Shown here piece after piece: positions 25,895 to 33,987 of a DNA stretch of 64,000 bases. The DNA is taken from NCBI RefSeq assembly GCF_006345805.1, contig NC_043004.1, forward strand, positions 34,534,001 through 34,598,000, given 5' to 3'. The position numbers and the translations under genes are program-made. How positions within the stretch are numbered: the first letter of the stretch is position 1; each line of letters begins with the position of its first letter. A model generated the notes under the pieces. That model did not search any database. It worked only from the letters and a program-made list of their open reading frames with translations, and was not told the origin of the DNA. This stretch comes from Octopus sinensis. Lineage: Eukaryota.

Positions 25895-25905
<11 letters not shown>
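25588..25905. mobile_element. Fold-back element with ~73-bp inverted arms, bounded by (TAA)n
   Basis: ATTATTATTAAGTTTGAAAACGGAGAGATCTAATG...CATATTCACC (25588-25660) versus GTTGAATATG...CATTAGATCTCTCTGTTTTCAAACTTAATAATAAT (25833-25905). Confidence 0.7.
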
Positions 25906-25959
<54 letters not shown>

Positions 25960-26008
25960 AAGAAGAAGAAGAAGAAGAAGAAGAAGAAGAAGAAGATAAT
26001 AATAATTA
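25897..26008. repeat. (AAT)n(AAG)n(ATA)n compound microsatellite
   Basis: Seen directly in the sequence. Confidence 0.95.
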
Positions 26009-27033
26009 TCAGATGCAAACACAGCATTAGAGCAGAAGAAAACAACATAGCATGGTATGTAAAAAATGCCACAGAACCACTATTATTAGAAGTAGGAAGG
26101 TCAGACTTGTGTAGGATGAAAGATTGCAAAGATAAAGCACTATACAAGAAATTGAAAACAAATGCAACTGAAAATAGGTGGGTAAAGAAAAGAATGTCTG
26201 GTCAATTTCATAAGGATGCTGAAGATAAAACAGACAGAGAAAAAAAATGGCAGTGGATGACTAAAAGTGATTTAAAACCAGAAACAGAGACTCTAATCTG
26301 TGCTGCCCAAGAGCAAGCACTAAGAACAAACTACATAAAATACAGAATAGATAACACATCAGAAAGTGATAAGTGCAGAATCTGTGAACAAAATGGTGAA
26401 ACCATATGGCATATTACCAGCCAATGTATGCCACTGGCCCAAAAGGAATATAAGAGATGCCATGACAATATAGCCAGGCTTGTCCATTGGACACTTTTGC
26501 AACAAGTATAGACTTGACAGAGCAAAAAATTGTTACGACCACAAACCTGAAGGCATCATTGAAAATAAAAATGCAATGATCCTATGGGATTTTACAATTC
26601 AGTGCAACCATGAGATAGAGAATAGGAAGCCAGACGTAGTCTTATTTGAGAAAGAAAACAAACTATGCTGGATAAAAGATATAACATGCCCAGCTGACAA
26701 CAAGGTAGGCGATAAGGAAGAAAGAAAAGTCGAGAGATATGACAGGTTAGCTTGGGAAGTTAAGCAGTTATGGTCGATAAAAAAGGCCACAGTAGTACCA
26801 ATAATTGTTGGAGCCATGGAAACAATGAGCAAAAGTACATGGAACAAATAGGGGCTGCAATAAGGGTGGAGCACTTGCAGAAAACAGCACTGCTTGGAAC
26901 CGCTCAAATACTCTGGAAGGTGCTCAAAAAATAAGAACTGTTACCTTAGTTCACTGGTAGTGAACAGCTAACACTGTAGTACAGCTCCAGCATTAGAAGC
27001 TGTGCAAAGGTAATAATAATAATAATAATAATA

Positions 27034-27034
<1 letters not shown>
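26008..27034 (+). mobile_element. 5'-truncated R4/Dong-clade non-LTR retrotransposon (zinc knuckle + restriction-like endonuclease), 2 frameshifts
   Basis: AAQEQAL.TN, CRIC..NGETIWHI.SQC (CCHC), HDNIARLVHW, ILWDFTIQC....RKPDVV...C..KDI.CP (PD..D REL core), VVPIIVGA, QKTALLGTA.ILWKVL*. Ends in a (TAA)n tail. Confidence 0.9.
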
Positions 27035-27074
<40 letters not shown>

Positions 27075-27479
27075 CATCATCATCATCATCATCATCAGAA
27101 AGAAGGTGGTTAGCTGATAGGAGGAATTCTAATCACCTCAACAGCTCCTTTATAGGATCCAGTGGCTAAGGACACCATCAAGAGGAACCACATCCAGTTT
27201 TGGCCCCTACTTCTCTACTGTTTTAGATGTGATGGCCTACCTCACCTAATTTTGAAAATGCCTTCAGCTCTGGTGTTGATCGCATTTTCTTTCTTTTTTG
27301 TTTGGCTTTTTATTCTTTGGTTTCTTTGAAGCAGCATCAATGAATGTCAGCAAGCAAATAGCCACCCTGGCAAATTCCCTTCCAACAGCCAGTGCCAACA
27401 CAATCTAGGCTTCGACTGACCAATGGAGGGAAAGGGCATGTACTTTTGTCCCGCACCCCCTCTAGACACCTACCTTCCA

Positions 27480-27700
27480 ACAGAATCGTGAATTGTTAGG
27501 ATGCTGGGCAAAATGCTGCTAAGCATTTCATTCATCCTTACGTTCTGAGTTCAAATTCTGCCAAGGTTGACTTTGCCTTTCATCCTTTTGGAGTTGATAA
27601 AATAAGTACCAGTTGCGTTCTGGGGTCGATGTAAGTGACTTAGCCCCCCCCCCCCCCAAAAAAAAACCTGCTGGCCTTGTTTTAAAATGTGAAGGCATTG
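27480..27700 (+). mobile_element. SINE family C
   Basis: TTACGTTCTGAGTTCAAATTCTGCCAAGGTTGACTTTGCCTTTCATCC...GGGGTCGATGTAAGTGACT. Confidence 0.8.
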
Positions 27701-29106
27701 TTACTATCATCATCATTATTATTATATATATGATGATGATGATGATGATTTTAGTTATCAAAGAGAGGAAGTTCATTTATTCACCGACTTAGTATTATTC
27801 AGGCTGGAATAGAACAAATGCATTTTATTGTAGGTTGGAGTATTTCACTTTTACAATTATGAATGCCATTGATAACATTATCGCCAACATCAATAGTAAT
27901 ATCAAATACCAACCTCAACAATACTACTAGGTCTGTATAAGTACACACACACACATATATATATAAATATATACACATGAATACCAGTGGCAACAATGAC
28001 TATGCGGTGGACAAGAAAATCTATAAAACAGAATCATTTATTTAGTAAGAGACCATTGCAGAAAGTATTTCTGTCTCTCCGAAAAGATATAATTTATATT
28101 TATTGTAAAAGAAAGGACACCAGAGACAAAGTAAGGAAGAATATGAAAATTTATGTTTAAGTTACGGAAATTCTCCCTACAGAAATTCCTATTTTGGAAC
28201 TTTGATTTCATGAGTTTCCTTTTAACGGAATGCATGGCATCTATTCTGCAAGAGTATCTAATTTATGTCACTGTTTCACAGAATATTTAGTTAAAAAGAC
28301 AAAAAAAATATCCCATATGATCAAATTCAATTGCTTTTAGTTATCAGACACATACTAATATAGATGTGTATATGATATATACATATACAAAATCATACAT
28401 ACATACCAATATATGCTAGTATATGTATATATATATATATGTATATATATATATGTGTATATATATGTATATATATGTGTATATATATGCATTTCTGGCT
28501 TTACAGTTTGTTTGTGGGCTAAATATATGATATATACAATATATATATGTAATGCACACACACATACACATTATATATATATATGTATGTACCTGACTCC
28601 CAAATACACACATGCACATATGTGATGGGTTGGGGTTAGAAAGACATTGAAAGAGAGAGAGAGAGAGAGAGAGAGACGTTAATTTCCTTATGATGTAAAA
28701 TTTTATAATCGCATACCCAAAGGTTATAAAGTTGTGAATACATGTGTTATTTTGTAAACACACACACATGCATGTGCATATATATATATATATACACATA
28801 TATATATATATGTATGTGCCTGTGTGTGTGTGTTTTTATGTATACTGCATTTATGTATGTTTTCATAGATATACAAATGTATGAATCAGTATACGTCTTT
28901 GTATGTTATGAATGTATATGCATGTTTGTATGTGCATATGTGCATATGCATGTATGTATATATGGTGTGTGAATGGTAGTTTATACACATGCTCCCATGT
29001 AATCTCCTAGTTTGAAGCTTGTAAGTCAGAAAGTATTTAAAAAAATATCCAAAATAGAAAAATTATACCATTTCGCAGAGAAGACTGGGCGTGGGGGAGC
29101 AGAAGT

Positions 29107-29384
29107 AAATCATCATCATCGTTACCGTTTAACGTCTGCTTTCCATGCTGGCATGGGTTGGACGGGTTTGACTAGGGACTGGCAAGCCAGTAGGTTGCAC
29201 TAGGCTCCAATCTTATCTGGCAAGGTTTCTACAGCTGGATGTCCTTCTTAACGCCAACCACTCTGAGAATGTAGTGGGTGCATTTTGTGTGCCACCGGCA
29301 TGGAAGCCAGTCAGGTGACACTGGCATCGACCACGTTTGGATGGTGCCTTTTACATGCCACTGAAATCATAAAAATTTATTCTA
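29107..29384 (-). mobile_element. RTE 3'UTR-type repeat
   Basis: CATCATC...TTTAACGTCTGCTTTCCATGCTGGCATGGGTTGGACGG. Confidence 0.8.
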
Positions 29385-29711
29385 GTCATAATCTTTAATG
29401 CTCCAAACTGTAATCCAAAGTAATTCCATGGATATAAATACATTATGGGGATTCTGTGTTTATTCCAAGATTCTACCATGACATTTTGCACAGGTAGCAC
29501 TACATAATAGAAAATGTCCTTCTTCTTCACAAAGAGGTAGGATATAATTTCAATGAATTTAGCTGCTCTTTTTGTTCTCTAATTACTACAGGCAAGCTAA
29601 GATAATATCATAACCAGGAGGGTAACTCTAAAAGAGACTCTGTGTGTGTGGGGTGGGTGGGTGGAGGTGCAATGCTTTATACATACGTATATATATTACA
29701 TATATATTCTT

Positions 29712-29880
29712 TTGTTTGTTTCAGTCATTTGACTGCAGTCATACTGGAGCACTGCCTTAAGTTGAACAAATCGACCTCAGGACTTATTCTATCAGTCTCT
29801 TTTCCCAAATCGCTAAGTTGCGGGGATGTAAACACCAACATCAGTTGTCAAACAATGGAGGGGGGACAAGCACACACACA
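29712..29880 (-). mobile_element. SINE family A 3' half
   Basis: GTTTCAGTCATTTGACTGCAG...GGGATGTAAACACCAACATCAGTTGTCAA. Confidence 0.75.
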
Positions 29881-29899
29881 TAAATACATACATACATAC

Positions 29900-29955
<56 letters not shown>

Positions 29956-29968
29956 CACACATATATAA

Positions 29969-30004
<36 letters not shown>

Positions 30005-30188
30005 TAAGCAATAAAGGGTTTAGCAACGAATTGCCTTACCACATACCGAATTTAGAAATAGCAGTCAAAGAGTTATAGCTATTTCTTCTACTAAAAAGGA
30101 GATCTCAGTAAAAACAGCAATTGGAAGGCAGACACAAACAGGTAAGAGAGAATGAATTGACGGCAATCTATCATACATTTTTAAGTTA

Positions 30189-30294
30189 TCTACGGACGTA
30201 CGTTTCGAAATCAAGTTTTTAGGAAAGCATAAGAATTAAATATTAAATATTAAATAATTCTATCTTACCGAACTTCTTTTCTCTTCAGCGTAGA
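30189..30294 (-). ncRNA. Type I hammerhead ribozyme (unit 1), canonical core
   Basis: Minus strand: TCTACG-CTGAAGA-G[long stem II]C-GAAA-CGTACGT-C-CGTAGA. Perfect 6-bp stem I, palindromic ACGTACGT stem III, GUC cleavage triplet. Confidence 0.85.
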
Positions 30295-30787
30295 ATACTA
30301 TAATCCTAAATGATTATATATTGAATTTTGAGATACTAGAAGGCACCAACTCAACTCAGTATCAGAGCGAGCTAGAATCCGCAACTAGTATCACCAAACT
30401 CAATGTGTGAATGAAACGATTGTGTCACCAGCCCCTTCCCACCCGCGTGTAGCCAAAACAAGATGCTGTGGTCATCTACTGAGATAAAATATGGTTATCC
30501 GTAATAATGAAGGGTGAAATTAATTAATTTGGAATAATTATCAATTACACCAAGTAGTCTTCGGCATGTAAAAGCCTCATTCGAGGAAAATTTAAGTAAT
30601 ACTAAGCAATAAAGGGTTTAGCAACGAATTGCCTTACCACATACCGAATTTAGAAATAGCAGTCAAAGAGTTATAGCTATTTCTTCTACTAAAAAGGGAG
30701 ATCTCAGTAAAAACAGCAATTGGAAGGCAGACACAAACAGGTAAGAGAGAATGAATTGACGGCAATCTATCATACATTTTTAACTTA

Positions 30788-30887
30788 TCTACGGACGTAC
30801 ATTTCGAAATCAAGTTTTTAGGAAAGCATAAGAATTAAATATTAAATAATTCTATCTTACCGAAACTTCTTTTCTCTTCAGCGTAGA
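30788..30887 (-). ncRNA. Type I hammerhead ribozyme (unit 2)
   Basis: Same fold as unit 1, with a C>U change in stem III (GAAATGTACGTC). Confidence 0.8.
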
Positions 30888-31320
30888 ATACTATAATCCT
30901 AAATGATTATATATTGAATTTTGAGATACTAGAAGGCACCAACTCAACTCAGTATCAGAGCGAGCTAGAATCCGCAACTAGTATCACCAAACTCAATGTG
31001 TGAATGAAACGATTGTGTCACCAGCCCCTTCCCACCCGCGTGTAGCCAAAACAAGATGCTGTGGTCATCTACTGAGATAAAATATGGTTATCCGTAATAA
31101 TGAAGGGTGAAATAATTAATTTGGAATAATTATCAATTACACCAAGTAGTCTTCGGCATGTAAAAGCCTCATTCGAGGAAAATTTAAGTAATACTAAGCA
31201 ATAAAGGGTTTAGCAACGAATTGCCTTACCACATACCGAATTTAGAAATAGCAGTCAAAGAGTTATAGCCATTTCTTCTACTAAAAGGGAGATCTCAGTA
31301 AAAACAGCAATTGGAAGGCA

Positions 31321-31449
31321 ATTCGTTGCTAAACCCTTTATTGCTTAGTATTACTTAAATTTTCCTCGAATGAGGCTTTTACATGCCGAAGACTACTTGG
31401 TGTAAATGATAATTATTCCAAATTAATTAATTTCACCCTTCATTATTAC
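31321..31449 (+). repeat. Inverted copy of the array's unit junction
   Basis: Reverse complement of TAATAATGAAGGGTG...AAGTAATACTAAGC...GCAACGAAT. Joined to the array through AAGGCA microhomology and ending in (TA)n. Confidence 0.9.
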
Positions 31450-31494
<45 letters not shown>

Positions 31495-31495
31495 A

Positions 31496-31641
31496 GATGG
31501 ACTTCTTTCAGTTTCCATTTACCAAATCCACACACAAGGCTTTGGTGAGCCTGAGGCTGTAGTAGAAGACACTTGCCCAAGATACCATGCAGTGGGACTG
31601 AACCCAATCCCATGTGGTTGGGAAGCAAGCTTCTTACCATA
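31496..31641 (-). mobile_element. SINE family A 5' half
   Basis: CTTCTTTCAGTTTCC...GGGAAGCAAGCTTCTTACCA. Confidence 0.8.
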
Positions 31642-31696
31642 CTTAACAAAATGTATTCTTCTGACCAAACTCAGCCTCGATCAGAAGCATTTTAAA

Positions 31697-31710
31697 ATGT
31701 TTTATATATA

Positions 31711-31741
<31 letters not shown>

Positions 31742-32325
31742 GTATGTATATATGTATGTATGTATGTATGTATGTTTGTATGTATGTATGTATGTTTGTA
31801 TGTACGTATGTATGTATGTATGTATGTTTGTATGTATGTATGTATGTATGTATGTATTTATGTATGTATGTATGTATATATTATGTATTTATGTATGTAT
31901 GTATGTATATATTATGTATGTATGTATGTATGTATGTATGTATGTATTTATGTATGTATGTATGTATGTATATATTATGTATGTATGTATGTATGTACTT
32001 ATGTATGTATGTATATATTATGTATGTATATATATGTATGTATGTATGTATGTATGCATGCATGTATGTATGTATGTATTATGTATGTATGTATGTATGT
32101 ATGTATGCATGCATGTATGTATGTATATATGTATGTATGTATGTATTTATGTATGCATGTATATATTATGTATGTATGTATGTATGTATGTATGTATTAT
32201 GTATGTATGTATGTATTTATGTATGTATGTATATATTATGTATGTATGTATGTATGTATTATGTATGTATGTATGTATTTATGTATGTATGTATATATTA
32301 TGTATGTATGTATGTATGTATGTAT
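31697..32325. repeat. (TATG)n array with higher-order variants, left flank of the LINE
   Basis: TATG runs interrupted by recurring TATT, TATATTATG and GCATGC variants. Confidence 0.95.
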
Positions 32326-32778
32326 TAAGTCATTGTAAGCTGAGACGATAAGACGTGTTTTTACTCCTCTCTGCGCCGGTCAGCAGCAAGCTTCACAGCT
32401 ACATTCGTCGTAATTGACCATCACATATATTCCTGTATATTTGAAACCACGCTTTTTCCCAACTCGTGAGTAGACTTTTCCTTAACCACAAACTATTTTC
32501 ATAATTTTCAAACGACCAAATATTTTCAAACACCTTCTGATAACTAAAGGATCACCCACACATTAAAAATTAGAAAAAGAGGGGAAAAAAAAAGAAAGAA
32601 ATGAAAGATAAAATAACTACAAGCTCATAATTCAAATACAAACTTCTCAGTATTACAACAAACATTCTGTACAATCAATTCTACATACTTCTCCTTAAAA
32701 AAAAAAACATAATAATAATTAAAAGTAATCAACAAAACGAACGAACAAAATAAAATTTAATAAAACATATCAACCAGA

Positions 32779-33987
32779 ATGGCTAGCCACCAAAAATCCA
32801 ACAAAAACTGGTCTGATAATGAAGTCGACGTTCTTATCAACACATGGCATGGCCTTACCGAAACAGAGAGCATAGGTGCTTCGTGTCTGAACGAAATTGC
32901 TAAACGAACAGTTCACCATTTGCAAACTCGATCTGAACAGCAGATACAAAATAAATTAAAACAAATCGAAGTTGCTTTTAAATTAATAAATAAACACTTC
33001 GATAAACTGAGATGTGTTTTCTCTTCGAACGCATCACCGGCGCAACAACAACAACAACAACCTCAACAACAACAACAACAGCTACAGCAACAACAACAAC
33101 TTCAGCAGCAACAACCTCAGAGGCAACAACAGCAACCTCAACAACAACAACAGGATGAACCACTCCTTGATTCATCTACAATGGCCGATTTGCTAAATGA
33201 AACGATTGACCCGCCAGTCATCAGGGTCACACAGCAGGAAGCACCACCCCTTCCTTTCACTGCCCCAGCAGCTCAATCATCATCATTGTCAACACCATCT
33301 CCTCTGCTTACTACTACTAGTACTACTCCCACTATATATCGACAAACATCTTTGTCTTGGAATCGACCTCCTCAATCATTACCACTGTCAACATCTCTTC
33401 TACCTACTACTACTACTACTACTACAGCTACTACTACTAATGCTATCTCAAGGAATTTACCTCCTACAGGTCACAAAGGTCGCCAAAACTTCAACAAACT
33501 ATCATCTACACCTTTCACAGCTCACACACACACACGCACCTACACACCCACTCGAAACCCCATCATTTGCCGATATTCTCTTCGCCATAGACTGTGCACT
33601 GATAGAGACTGCAAATTCACCCATTTACCTGGAACAAAACGCTCTATCCCCACAAACTACAACAGCAACCACCATAATACAACATCACCACAACCACCAA
33701 TATCTCAAACAAGGAATCCCCAAATCTGCCGCTATTCCCAGCGAGACAGATTGTGTTTGCACAGGGATTGCCCCTTTACCCATCTCCCGGGGACTCGTCG
33801 GACATTTAAAGATAACCACTCACATAAAAATAGCCGCGGCCACAGTCACCTGCGGTTCTCTAGACAGGAAACCACCTCTTCTTCCTCTTTTTTAGCTATA
33901 ATGAATCTAGCAAAAGAACTGGAAAAAAACATCCGAGCTATCACCCACCGCCATCCACCACTATTACCCCACTACACATGCCATTAA
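32779..33987 (+). CDS. LINE ORF1 protein (402 aa): Myb/SANT-like N-terminal domain, polyQ, Thr-rich linker, two CCCH zinc fingers
   Basis: NWSDNEVDVLINTW...EIAK...RSEQQIQNKLKQ fits the Myb/SANT-like (trihelix) pattern. CRYSLRHRLCTDRDCKFTH and CRYSQRDRLCLHRDCPFTH are both C-x8-C-x4-C-x3-H. The frame stays open across CAA/CAG, ACT and CA repeats. Confidence 0.8.
   Translation: MASHQKSNKNWSDNEVDVLINTWHGLTETESIGASCLNEIAKRTVHHLQTRSEQQIQNKLKQIEVAFKLINKHFDKLRCVFSSNASPAQQQQQQPQQQQQQLQQQQQLQQQQPQRQQQQPQQQQQDEPLLDSSTMADLLNETIDPPVIRVTQQEAPPLPFTAPAAQSSSLSTPSPLLTTTSTTPTIYRQTSLSWNRPPQSLPLSTSLLPTTTTTTTATTTNAISRNLPPTGHKGRQNFNKLSSTPFTAHTHTRTYTPTRNPIICRYSLRHRLCTDRDCKFTHLPGTKRSIPTNYNSNHHNTTSPQPPISQTRNPQICRYSQRDRLCLHRDCPFTHLPGTRRTFKDNHSHKNSRGHSHLRFSRQETTSSSSFLAIMNLAKELEKNIRAITHRHPPLLPHYTCH

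Larger units (their letters stand above)
30003..31320 (-). repeat. Tandem array of ~2.2 near-identical units (598 and 592 bp), one hammerhead per complete unit; retrozyme/pLTR-like
   Basis: CTAAGCAATAAAGGGTTTAGCAACG recurs at 30004, 30602 and 31194. Only a handful of substitutions and indels separate the units. No long ORF. Confidence 0.9.
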
